Positions 1 through 11,096 of a DNA stretch of 64,000 bases are shown here, one piece after another. Made by a program: the position numbers and the translations under genes. The notes below the pieces were generated by a model. That model was not told the origin of the DNA, searched no databases, and worked only from the letters and a program-made list of their open reading frames with translations. How positions within the stretch are numbered: position 1 is the stretch's first letter; each line of letters begins with the position of its first letter. Location: the NCBI GenBank assembly GCA_964016885.1, contig OZ024741.1:154814001-154878000 (forward strand). The letters are read 5' to 3'. The stretch comes from Eledone cirrhosa (taxonomy: Eukaryota).

Positions 1-162
1 TAGTATTTTTCAATCTAGCTAACTTAGTCATTTACAATACAAACACTGATATGTTGGTATCTGTGTTTATCATATATATTAATTTATATTATCTTGTATT
101 ATATATATATATATATGAAGAAGAAGTTTATGAAACGGAAATGCGGGTATAAAGAATTTACT

Positions 163-261
163 AGGTAACAATTGTTTCTATACCTCGCTATTTGTATAAT
201 ATAAAAATATTATCTTAAATCGTAGGTACACTGTAAGAGAACACACCATGTTGTCAGACCT
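163..261 (-). ncRNA. HHR-like motif in the PLE 3' end (variant core, long insert)
   Basis: Minus strand reads AGGT-CTGACAA-[~72 nt including a TGTACCT/AGGTATA stem]-GAAACAATTGTT-ACCT. Stem I is 4 bp, stem III is palindromic, and the core has G8A. Confidence 0.55.
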
Positions 262-733
262 TTATGGTAGAATGATAGGAGAATATTTTATACACTATAT
301 TTGTGAGAAAGTAGGAGGTAGGAAGGGAAGAGGAAGAGGGAAGCGAATAAGGGGGAGGTAGTCTTAGGATTCAAGACTGTCAGAGTAGTAGAGATTGTAT
401 AGAAGAAAATGTTTTGGCAGCAGTTAGCTAAATGAGACGTGACAGGGTTGGCGGGGGAAGTAGATTCTTCTAGTGGTGTTGTTTGGACAAAATTTAGTTA
501 AAGGGGTCAATGTAGTACAGAATTATAGACAAGTTATTGGGGCTATCATAGTAGCAGGATATTTATAAAGGGGTCTAAAAAACAGTGTTTAGTGCTATTA
601 TTATAAAAAGCGATATCGTTTGTATAAACATATAAAAATATGAAATAAAAATAATAAAAATTTGCAAATGGTGGTGTAAAAAGATAACATTACATACATT
701 TAAAAACAGAAGAAGTCGTTTTTAAACGATGGT

Positions 734-2553
734 TTAAAGTGAACGTTCAATTTTGCTGTTCAAAAGTTTGTTTTCCGACGTTAAAATGCAGTATATCTCC
801 ATATTGCATAATTTACAAAATCGGTGATTTTGCTTATATGCTGGCGCAAATGAAATAATTTGCCAATCAAGGGAGAATGCTTGATTGTTCTTCCGAAGCT
901 GCCAGGCTTTATCGGCGAGGGTTGTTACGGAGCGCATTTTCTCATGCTTGATCGAAGATCGATGTTGGTATAGACGAGCTTTGAAAGATGTTGCGGTACA
1001 TACGACGTAATACCATTTGTTGGTTCCGGAATTTATTGTACATCGGTAGACAATATTGCGTGTTAGGCATTGGTTATTCAATGGGCACGAACCTGGTTTA
1101 GTGCAGTTACAGTTATTTTTATGTTTTGCAGTAGTATCCTGGATAGTTTGGTGGGGTTGTAGCTGCGTGTTAGTGCGTTGTATGTCGCTATGCTGGTGCG
1201 CTGTGACATTAGGGATGTACTTATTTAGTATTGTTGAGTTGAGTTTTTTAATTAGTTGTTCTATGTTAGGTGCAGTGGAGTATGAGAGTCTAATGGTGCG
1301 CGAGTTTAAGATTTTATAGTATTTATGTGAATTTGTAAAGTGTTTATTGATCAGTGTATAGAATTGTGAGATAATCTTAGTGCTAATAGAAATATTGTAC
1401 ACGAGGTTATACCATATGTACTCTCTAAGTCTAACTCTATTTGTTGGTTTGCACCTATTATTATGCCTATTAATGTGTCTGTGTGGTGCAATACTAGTTC
1501 GACTTAGATGTGATTTATTCATAGTACCTATGTGGTTATCTTCTAGATATTCTATTTTCTCGCAGTAACCAGCTTTTCTAAGTGCGTCGTTATAATACTC
1601 AGCATGCTCGTTGAAGGTCTGCAAATTAGACGATAGTCGGGAGATCCTTATGGATATATTTTTAGGGATAGATTTAATAATGGAATGGGGATGGTTCGAT
1701 CTTACATTAACGTATTTGAGATTTTTGTTAAGTTTGTGAAATGGCTTTATATTACCGTTATTAAGGTTGAAGGTGACATCCAAGAAATTGACCACTTTAA
1801 GATTGTGTTCGAAGGTAATACTAAGTCCTAGTTCTAAGAAAAGTTTCCTAATGTTTTTACGTCGCCTTTCTAGGTTTTGTTTGTTCATATTTTTTACTAA
1901 TAGGAGTGCATCATCACGGTAGATTCCGCCGTGGAGGTCAATAAATTCGCTCTGGAGTCTGTGAGCTATATAGATTCCAACCAAATCCATAACTTCCGCC
2001 AGAACCCATCGTAATGTCAAATTCCGAGGGTCTATCCCTGCGGACCCAATAACTATTTTCAAAATGGACTACTGTGCGTCTAGCTTCAAGTATAATATTA
2101 ATATCCTCGTTTGTGAGGTCCGAGTTAACCTTAGCGAATGAGAGGGCCTTATGCAGAGTTTCAGGTGAAATAGATGAATAGTATTCATCTATATCGATTT
2201 GAATAAAAGAAGATTTGTTTTTGTCACTGATGTTATTGAACCAACTTATTGCCTGTTGAGTATTACCCCATAATTTAATATTTACCTTAGCCTTAACTTG
2301 AGGGATAATACGATCTAATATGTTCTTACTGATTCTACCTATATCAGATTTTGAAGGACATATCAATCTAATTTTAGGGTTAGTGTCGAAGTTAGCCTTA
2401 TGGTCCTTCAAATTAAAGGTCGGTGTAGCTGGAGATAGGGGTTCCGTTCTGTCGTCGATTTTCAGTTTTTTAACAATATCACATGCTGCGTTATTAATGT
2501 TGGTTAGTGTAGTTGCGTTTGTTTTTTTGTACTTCGTATGTAATTCCTTACGT
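734..2553 (-). pseudogene. PLE RT/GIY-YIG ORF, frameshifted at ~2000 and 5'-truncated
   Basis: ATG GGT TCT G|GCG GAA GTT switches frame between MGS and AEV. The YIG motif reads YVV. The N-terminus runs into (TA)n. Confidence 0.9.
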
Positions 2554-2587
2554 ATAAAATATATATATATATATATATATGTATATT

Positions 2588-2631
<44 letters not shown>

Positions 2632-3105
2632 TAATTAAGCAAAACAAGACCACAAATTTCACAAGGAAGACATTATTAAAAGATTGTCAACATATTTTAG
2701 TTTGATGTAAGGAATGTAGAGAATAATAATAATAATAATAATATTAATAATAATAATATCCGTTTACAATTGTTTCGCTACTCCATATAATATTTCTAGA
2801 TCAGATGACTATATATCATTATGGATCTGGTTCAGTTGAAAATAATTAACATATTTAAAATCAGAACTAATGAATATTTCCAGCTCTGTGCACCTAACTT
2901 CTGCATGAACCCAGCCACCTAGCTGCTTTCTACTTCATATTGCACATTGAGCACATGCCTTTACACTTTGGCTTCTAACTAATTCACCAATCTCACCTCT
3001 CCTATCTCCAACTCTCTCTTTAAGATTGGTTACTCTTGAACTGTGTATATATATATATGTATATTTATATATATATGTATATTTATATATCTATATATCT
3101 ATATT

Positions 3106-3157
<52 letters not shown>

Positions 3158-3161
3158 TATA

Positions 3162-3491
3162 TCATTTCATCATCATTTCATTTTACATCCACTTTTCCCT
3201 GCTTGCAAGGGTGGGACGGGAACTGATTCTGGCTTGATTTCTACAGCTGGATGCCCTTCCTAACACCAACCTCATTTACAGTGAGTGCTGGGTGCTTTAT
3301 TGCCGTGGCACCTCCACGACCACTTTGCAGTGGAATGATATGGACCCAAGTCCCTATCATCTCATTTCTACAGCTGAGTAAACTGGAGCAATGTGAAATT
3401 AAGTGTCTTGCTCAAGGAAACAACACATCACCCGGTCTGAGAATTGAACTCACAACCTTTCGATTGCAAGGCCAATGCTCTAAGCACTAAG

Positions 3492-3492
<1 letters not shown>
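3162..3492 (-). mobile_element. tRNA-derived SINE family A (CORE-like middle, RTE-type 3' tail)
   Basis: A/B-box-like head (GCTTAGTGCTTAG..GAGTTCAATTC), TCCTTGAGCAAGACACTT middle and (ATG)n tail. Near-identical to the copies at 19131, 19531 and 25919. Confidence 0.85.
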
Positions 3493-3571
<79 letters not shown>

Positions 3572-3823
3572 TAAATGAAAAGTATAGAGATTGTTGTAGC
3601 AAGAAGCCAACAGTATTCCATAATATATAAGTGACTATAACGTCAAAATGGAAAAATAGTTAACGTAAGATGTGAGAAATTAATTCAAACTCAATTCAAA
3701 AAGAATCAGGATATAGATTCATCCACAGAATTTGGTGAAATCCAGGGAAAAATCAATAGCGCCTTAACTCAGAATAAAATAAAGTTTAAAATACTCATCC
3801 TTCAATTTGGAAAAACTACAAAT

Positions 3824-3897
3824 GCTCTGTATAGTCTTAAAAGACTATTTCACGAAACTTTCAGTGGGGATGGTCACGGTTGGATCATCAGCAGAGC
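3824..3897 (-). ncRNA. Type I hammerhead ribozyme motif
   Basis: GCTCTG-CTGATGA-[33 nt]-GAAA-TAGTCTTTTAAGACTA-TA-CAGAGC. The core is perfect, stem I is 6 bp and stem III is 7-8 bp. Stem II is poorly paired. Confidence 0.7.
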
Positions 3898-3991
3898 TCA
3901 AAGACACGATAACCAAAGTTCCACTGTTTATAATATGCTAAAAAGGGAATTTAAAAGCAGGCTAGTTCAATATCATGCGTAATTAGGAAGA

Positions 3992-4031
<40 letters not shown>

Positions 4032-4190
4032 TATTTACGTATCGAGAGAGAGAAAAAAAGGGGAGGATAGGTGATACATATAGTTATTTGCCAAGTAGCG
4101 TATGCCACAGGTGCTCGATACTAGTGCCGGCAGTATTAAATATTCGAAGTGTTAATATTTAGTGGGCTAGAGAATTAGCAGAGCGTAAGC

Positions 4191-4284
4191 ACGTGGGAAA
4201 GTAAGAAATCGGAGAATAGACCGTTAAAACATGTTTATTTAAACATGTTTTAACGGTCTATTCTCCGATTTCTTACTTTCCCAC

Positions 4285-4286
<2 letters not shown>
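4191..4286. repeat. Perfect 96-bp palindrome at the end of a (TA)n-flanked mini-element (~4030-4286)
   Basis: 47-bp arms ACGTGGGAAA...CATGTTTA / TAAACATG...TTTCCCACGT with a 2-nt centre. Confidence 0.95.
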
Positions 4287-4317
<31 letters not shown>

Positions 4318-4321
<4 letters not shown>

Positions 4322-4620
4322 TTTTGTGAGGTTTCTGATATGAAATCGTGTGCCGAAACAAATATTGTTATACTTGGGGAGGGTCATATTTGTGTAATAA
4401 TATTGCCAGAATTAATAACAGAACACACTCACTGTTTGGTTGGTTTTCGCTTCTGTGTCTTTTATATCGGTTAATTTAATTTATTCGGTCCTCAATGTTA
4501 CTGACCAACGGTCAAAAATACAGATACAATATAGACACAAACACATATATATAGTCTAACAAAGTTCTTTCGTTGCACATCTGCAACAACGTCAGTGGTG
4601 CTATTATGTTTCCTCCGGAA
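4318..4620. mobile_element. Single-arm copy of the mini-element family that forms the 17375-18002 palindrome
   Basis: Colinear similarity (TTATACTTGGGGAGGGTCAT...TTTCGTTGCACATCTGCAAC..CGTCAGTGG). Decayed HHR core on the minus strand at 4568-4595. Confidence 0.85.
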
Positions 4621-4680
4621 AGGGATACAATACAACAGGACAATCTTCTTGACAACTACAATCTTCCCATATAAGGAAGT

Positions 4681-4776
4681 ACCCCTTGAAAAGTTCGGTT
4701 ATTTATTCACCAGGCTAAAAATTCTAATTTAGTCCAGAAATAGCCATCGAAACGGCTTGAGCTCTGCCGTCGGGGT
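4681..4776 (+). ncRNA. Type I hammerhead ribozyme with U3-A8 core and extended stem II
   Basis: ACCCC-TTGAAAA-G..GGTTATTT..GGCTAAA/TTTAGTC..AAATAGCC..C-GAAA-CGGC..GCC-GTC-GGGGT. Confidence 0.7.
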
Positions 4777-5030
4777 CATACTTTTTCCTATTACCCACTC
4801 TACTACCCTAAGTATTGAGTACTCTGGTGCGTTATGGTCCATCTGGTTTCTTACCACAATTCCTTCATTATATATATATATATCTATATATAGGTGGTGA
4901 GAGCAGACCTCAGATCGCTGAAACTCACCGAGGAGATGACGAAGGACCGTGACAAGTGGAGAGATGCTGTGCTGAATAGGACCCTTGCAAGAAGGGTAAA
5001 GTGGACGTAAAATGATGATGATGATGATGT

Positions 5031-5101
<71 letters not shown>

Positions 5102-5106
<5 letters not shown>

Positions 5107-5418
5107 CTTTGGGAGGGTCATGCTGCCAATAAAAACAACATATGCACCTGTTGGTTTTCAGTTCAATTTATTATAAATTTCCATTTGGTTGGTTCAATGA
5201 CAGGGTGGTTGTTTATATATTGTCAAAGCTCTTTAGTCACACATTCTGTGACCTCCTCAGTGATGATTTTTTATTTGGTGTCTCTCCTTTGTTCTGTCCT
5301 GTAGGAAAGAGCTTTGATGATATATAAACAACCATCTGGTTATTGAACAAACCAACTGGAAATTTATAATAAATTGGGTGTGTTTTTATTGGCAGCATGA
5401 CCCTCCCAAAGTATAACA
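5102..5418. repeat. Imperfect inverted repeat mini-element with a decayed minimal HHR (5223-5266, minus)
   Basis: Arms at ~5102-5234 and ~5306-5418 end in TTATACTTTGGGAGGGTCAT. Minus strand reads TCATCA-CTGAGGA-G-GTCACA/TGTGAC-TAAAGAGCTT. Confidence 0.8.
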
Positions 5419-6309
5419 ATATCTGTTTCAACACATGTTTTCAGATAACAAGTCTTGCAAAACAAATTCAAAAACAAAGTATATATATAGATATATATAT
5501 AAACATGTAAACATAAGTGGTGTTTAATAAAGGAGAATAAAGAAGAATAAAAGTATCAACAAACTAGAAAAGAGAGTACTGTTTTTTTTGGTAAATTATT
5601 TTGTTTTCTTCCTTTCACTCTCTCTTCTTCCCCCTCCTCTCTCTCCAGCCCACTCTTTCCCAAATGTTCTCACTCTCCTCTTTCACTTTTTCCTACACTC
5701 CTCCCTCTCTTCTTCAGCAATGTTTCATCTATTAACTCAATAATCTTTAAATCTTCCACTCCCAATTTCTCCCTCCCACCCAACTTATCTAAATATAACT
5801 TACACCAAGTTCTTCACCCCATTGTCTCTCTCCTTCTCCCCCTTACAATTACAGACTGAACTAATTAATTCTCTAATTGGACTGAATTCTCATTTTAATG
5901 TTAATTAATAGAAATATTAATCCTACAATTGTTAATAATATTTTGATACTTCAAATACTAGATCAGTAGTTCCCATCTTGAGGCTTCACTGTCCCCTGGG
6001 GCTTTACAAAAGCAGCACTGAGGGTCCATCAGCTAAGTTCAACAGTTCAACTACTTCATTAACCCATTACTGTATATATACTATTATATTTTCACTGTAA
6101 AGGCTTTACCTCACACAATATCCAATCTATGAGATTTTGATATTATTTATTTTGGGAGTAACACCTTAAAATCAGTATAAACAGCCGGTTACAGCCAGTT
6201 TGAACAGAAAGAGGTGAGAGAATTCTGGCCAGATATGGCCAGTTTAAATGCTAAAGGGTTAAAAACATAATGTGCACAGACTATATATGCATATAAGTAT
6301 ATATATACA

Positions 6310-6535
6310 TCAAGAAAATGCGAAGTTCGGTTTAGATGTTAAGAAGTCCTTTATTAACAAAGCTGTGATACATATTTCAATGATGATTTTTGCTAAGAGA
6401 TTGTTAAATCATACAAGCAGTCGTGCAACATCATCAAACAGCATCTTATACATACGTTGAGTGCTTAAACCAAATTGCATCATTATTCACTGAGATTGGT
6501 GCATTGCCCACAACCCTCATGTTTACCATAAGTAT
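6310..6535. mobile_element. Decayed copy of the 57387-57920 HHR mini-element
   Basis: Colinear similarity (GAAAATG.GAAGTTC..TAGATGTTAA..CTGTGATACATATTTCAATGA..TCATCA.ACAGCATC; GTTGAGTGCTT). The HHR on the minus strand at 6361-6442 has TTGATGA. Confidence 0.8.
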
Positions 6536-7289
6536 ATACATACATATATATTGACAAGTTTCCTACAGGTGGATGCCCTTCCTATCACCAACTACTTTAC
6601 AGCATGTACTGGGTGCTTTTATTGTGTAGGTCACCAGCACTAGGGAGGCTGTCATGTCCTTGACATAACTGAGGGTCCTCTCAACCCTTTGTTTGGCAAG
6701 GTGGATGCCTTTCCTATCACCAACCATTTTACAACATGTGCTGGGTGATTTATCATGTAGGTCACCACTGGTTTAGCTTGTAACTTACATTAATGGTCTG
6801 TGGAATACTCAACCACTTACGTATGTTGGACATTTAGTTGATCAAACAACTGGGTGATCATCATTGAAACACGATTGTCATATATAATAATACATCAATT
6901 ACTTGGGATTTAATGGAAATTTTGGCTGTAATTGTTAAGAGCAGATGAACTCCTCAGAGTCAATGGCCATCCACCCCAAATATGGGTTAAATAGTTTTGC
7001 CAATGTGCAATTCGCCAAGTGTAGCGAGTATGGATACACCACTGACATGATCAAAACCAAACAGAAAGCAGTGGAGGTCAACTAGGGAGAGGATCAGATG
7101 GGATCAATTTGGATCGGAAGGACCAGACCAGATCAGACTGGATTAGTTCAATTTGGATTGATTCAGATCAGATCAGGCCAAGCTGGACTGGATCAGATCA
7201 GATGTATGGGAACTACCATCTTACCCTATTCAGCAACTCAATCGATCAGCTCAATGATGCACTGACCATATACTGAGAAGAATCAGCAA

Positions 7290-8350
7290 AGCTTTGCCTT
7301 CAGGTGAGCTGGGTGAAGACCAAGCTGGTGCATGTCAGTGATGGAACAGATCCTCTCCTGCTTCATATTGGCTCCGGCATCATGGTGTTTGTCAGCTTCT
7401 TCATTTTCCTGGGCTAGACACTTACCAACAATGGAAACCTAACCTCAGAGATCAACTGCAGATGTGGTCTGGCTGCTGGGATCATGTACTCCCTATGGAA
7501 GCCCTTTTGGTGCCACTTCTCTATCTCCCAGAAGATAAAACTCCATATCTACAATGCATTGGTCTTCTCTGTTCTCCTCTGTGGAGCAGAAATGTGGCTC
7601 CTCACAAAGACCCTGGAAAAGAGGACCATTGAGAACATCAGATGGTACCACCATGTTTCCAACAAAGAGTTGCATGCATGTGTGCATCAGCCTGCAGCCT
7701 CCTGTCTCATAGCCATCTGCCACATGCATTTGTATGGACATGTCCTTATAATGGGACTATCTGTTTGTATGGACCTTCCTCATAATGGGACTATCCAGAT
7801 CCCAATATACAGTATCAGTCCCAATATGTGCAAGGTATGGTGCGGCTATCTGGCCAGACTTGGCTCATAACAGGACCACCCAGTAACATGGCTCCACTAT
7901 ATGTAAGGCTTGGTGCAGCCAAGTGACCTGACCGCCCTCAGAGTGGCACCACCCAGCTCCTAAATGATGGTTCTAATATGAGCTAGGTACACTGCAACCA
8001 ACTGGCCAGATCCTCCTCTTAGCAGTGCCACCCAGGGCCCCACTATGAGTATGGCTTGGTGCAGCCAACTGGCCAGACCTCCCTCATAATGGGACCACCT
8101 GACTCCCAAACTATGGTTCAGATATGAGCAGAGTATGGCGTGGCCAACTGGCCAGACCATCCTCATAACAGAGCCATCCAGTTCTACACTGTAAATGGGG
8201 TTGGTGTTAGGAAGGGCATCCAGATGTAAAAATCCCAGCCAAATTACATTTTCATCTGAGCAAGGAATGCTGTGACCAACTGGCCAGGCTCGTCTCATGA
8301 TGTGGGCGACCTGTCTAACCCATGCAAGCATGGAAAAATGGACGTTAAAT
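7290..8350 (+). mobile_element. Decayed RTE-type LINE 3' fragment(s) with internally repeated 3' UTR
   Basis: Translates to KIKLHIYNALVFSVLLCGAEMW..IRW..HVSN..LYGHV. Degenerate ~65-bp repeats occupy 7770-8320, followed by an RTE/SINE tail (GGAAGGGCATCCAG..GGACGTTAAA). Confidence 0.65.
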
Positions 8351-8410
8351 TTCGTCGAGGAGACCACTAATCATGTGAGTACTTGATACATGGAGAGATG
8401 TAGAGTGGGT

Positions 8411-8504
8411 AGAGAGATATGTAAAATCTCGACCGCAGCACCAAGCAGTTTTGGCCTGTGACACACAAGCCGAAACCGCTTGGCGCTGCAGTCAGGATTT
8501 TACA

Positions 8505-8513
<9 letters not shown>
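8411..8513. repeat. ~103-bp imperfect palindrome containing the 3' half (GAAAC..GTC) of an HHR
   Basis: AGAGAGATATGTAAAATCTCGAC...GTCAGGATTTTACACATCTCTCT. The upstream flank resembles 57235-57265. Confidence 0.8.
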
Positions 8514-8582
<69 letters not shown>

Positions 8583-9074
8583 ATATGAACTGGGCATCAG
8601 AAAAAACTAGTCAATGGATACATCTATTTTTCTCTCATATATATATATGTGTGTGTGTATATATATATGTGTGTGTGTGTTTGTGTGTGTGTATATATCA
8701 TTATCATCATGAACTTTGCCTCAAACTGCACCGAACCACACCAAGCTAGATATTGAATCCTATTGTAAAAGCGATATTGTTTGAGAATCAATGTTGAAAT
8801 AGGCTGACTGAAAATAGAATTTAACTGGAAATAAAGAAAAATACATTAATAATTCATTTATTGTAACAAAATATTAGAAAAATTAAAATAAATAAATAAT
8901 TAAATTGTCTGATTATGTGAGTGAAGTTATGTAAAAGAAAACAAAAAAATTAAAATTTTGTGAAAATATTTCATTTGTATTTCTGATATATTAAACATTG
9001 AAAAGAATAATAATTTCCAAAAAATATTAGTTAAATAGAATAAAACATTTACTATTCTTGTTATTCCTCCTTTA

Positions 9075-9580
9075 AGGAGGAGGAGGAAGGGCAGGCACTT
9101 TTCATTTGCCTGGTGGCCATGGCGAAAGAGATTGTATGATGGACAAGGTTGCAAGGATTGAAGATGGACATTTTCCTCTTTGGCGAATCCCTGATTAACT
9201 TTTTCAAATTTCACTTGAAGAGGAAAATCAGGGTGGAGAGGCAAGTGTTGTTGTCTAGTAAGTTTGTTGAAAGGTGGGTGAACATGGCGAGTCTGGTCCG
9301 AGTATGCGCCTGTAGACTGAGGAGTGGAAAACTGAGAGAGAGCGCTTGCCCTGGTGGTCAGGGTGGCCCTGGTCTTTTGTGTGGTTTTCGCCACGAGTGG
9401 CCCTCGGAAGTTTCCCCCTATTGGGGAATTTTTGTTGTTTAAATTTTTTTGATATTTCTATCTTCTTCTTATAACCTTTTTTTACACGGCCAAAACCCAC
9501 TTTGTATCATCCTGTACCGTTCTGTGTCGCCTGTAATGTTTTTCTTCATGTTAGCCCTTGTGGCCAATAAAGAAACCATT
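9075..9580 (+). mobile_element. Probable Tx1/L1-like LINE 3' end
   Basis: Translates to a helical ORF2-like C-terminus (LVAMAKEIV*WTR..KIRVER..KFVERW), then a T-rich UTR, AATAAA and a (TTA)n tail. Confidence 0.5.
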
Positions 9581-9646
9581 ATTATTAAAGAAATCATTAT
9601 TATTATCATTACTACTACTACTATTATTATTATTATTATTATTATA

Positions 9647-9845
9647 AGGGCGGTGGATTGGCAGTATCGGTAGAAGGTCGGACGCTATGCTTTGCAGCAA
9701 AGAGTTACGGCCCTTTATGATCTGAGTTCAAATCCCGCTGAGGTTAACTTTGCCTTTCATCCTTACGGGATCGATAAAATAAAGTACCAGTAATGCACTG
9801 GGTAATTGCTGGCCTTGTGCCAAAAGTAGAAACAATTATTATTAT
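9647..9845 (+). mobile_element. tRNA-derived SINE family B (Meta-like central domain)
   Basis: GAGTTCAAATCC B box, TTTGCCTTTCATCCTT..GTCGATAAAATAAAGTACCAG domain and (ATT)n tail. Further copies or fragments lie near 27826, 36960, 39535, 46650, 48700, 52766 and 57540. Confidence 0.85.
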
Positions 9846-9879
9846 TATTACTGCTACTACTATTATTATTATTAGTAGT

Positions 9880-10350
9880 AGCATCATTCCTAATGCTTTT
9901 GCTTTGGCAGATGTTATACCAACACTAACCAAAAGTGCGAGCCATATCCAATGGCCAAATGTCCTTTGGCTCATTCTTTCTCCTTCGACTTTCTAACACT
10001 CACCTTAGAGTCTTTGTTTTTGTTAGCAAGGCTGTTTTTTGCAACAATCATGTCCTGATGGTAATTCCTAGCTTCTCAAGCCAATCATTTAACCTTTTAC
10101 TAACTTATCCCAGTGTGCCAACCACAATCGGTATCACTTCTACGTGTCTGATTCTCCATACTTTCCTGATTTCTGTCTTCAGCTGCTGGTTTTTCTCAAC
10201 TTTCTCACTTTTCTCCTCATACACCCTGTGGTCCCACATACTTGCCTTGTTATTTTTCTCATCTACAATAACAATGTCAGGCTTTCTAGCCATGATAAAA
10301 TTGTTGCACTGGATGGTCATGTCCCACAAGATCTTAAACTGATGGCGGCT
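9880..10350 (-). mobile_element. R4/Dong-like LINE 3' fragment (restriction-like endonuclease)
   Basis: KILWD..RKPDIVIVD..EK.EK...L..EI...W....VIPIVVGTLG. It ends at a (TAA)n tract. Confidence 0.8.
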
Positions 10351-10355
10351 CATGG

Positions 10356-10622
10356 GTGGATGTTGTTTACCTTGACTTTGCGAAAGCTTTCAATTCTGTG
10401 CCACACAAAAGGCTTATGGCAAAACTCTCTGCAATGGGTGTGAAGGATGATCTTTTTAAATGGTTGAAGTCCTTCATTCTAGGTCGAAGAGAGGTAGTCA
10501 CGGTTCTGGGACAGCATTCCTCACCATATGAGATGTCATCTGGTGTACTACAGGGATCTGTTCTTGGTCCCCTTTTGTTTGTGGCATATATTAATGACAT
10601 AGATGCCAACTTAAAGTATGCC
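10356..10622 (+). mobile_element. CR1-group LINE RT fragment
   Basis: DVVYLDFAKAFNSVPH..SGVLQGSVLGPLLFVAYIND. Confidence 0.88.
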
Positions 10623-10638
10623 ACCCCGGGAAAAAAAA

Positions 10639-10674
10639 CCCCAGTTGATGGATGTGAATCCGAAATATATAGGG
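10639..10674 (+). ncRNA. Decayed minimal HHR
   Basis: CCC-CAGTTGA-T-GGAT-GTGA-ATCC-GAAATATATA-GGG. All stems are present, but the core has two substitutions. Confidence 0.45.
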
Positions 10675-11096
10675 ACTATTAAATCTCTCCCAAGGTAACT
10701 CTCTCTTGTGTTGTTATTTTTATTTTATCCTTTATACTCTTCCCTTCATTCTACACATCTCACACATCTTATACACACCACCGGATCTTGTTACCCGGAG
10801 ATTTACCCATTTGCATTGTCGAGGCTTCCAAACGACTTAAAGATATTTACTTATTATTCCACAATGCTTCAAGCAAACTTCAATACTCTCTTATATATAT
10901 ACATACATATATATATATACATATATATATATATACATACATATATATATATATATACATACATATATATATATATACATATATATACATATACATACAT
11001 ACATATACATATATATATATACATATATATATATACATATATATATATACATATATCCCCTACACACCTTTTGAACTCTGTTCCCACACACTTCTC

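Larger units (their letters stand above)
117..2553 (-). mobile_element. Penelope-like retroelement (Naiad-type), 5'-truncated, inserted in (TA)n
   Basis: Two overlapping minus ORFs give RT (LKDHK..P..RLI, IDIDEYYSSI, MGS..AE..DLVG, YRDD, FLDV, SNHP), a CxCx5Cx5C linker and a GIY-YIG-like domain (IVY..YVV, FKARLYQH, CKLC..E). The 3' non-coding tail carries an HHR-like motif. (TA)n flanks both ends. Confidence 0.92.

Noticed and set aside
4336-4375. CTGATATGA..GAAACAAATATTGTT as an additional HHR at the family terminus
   Set aside because: Core spacing and stems I and II are not consistent among the three copies.
7770-8320. Repeat-spacer-like arrays (also 44470-45000 and 61460-61742) as CRISPR
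   Set aside because: The context is eukaryotic, the units are degenerate and derived from LINE UTRs, and there are no cas genes.
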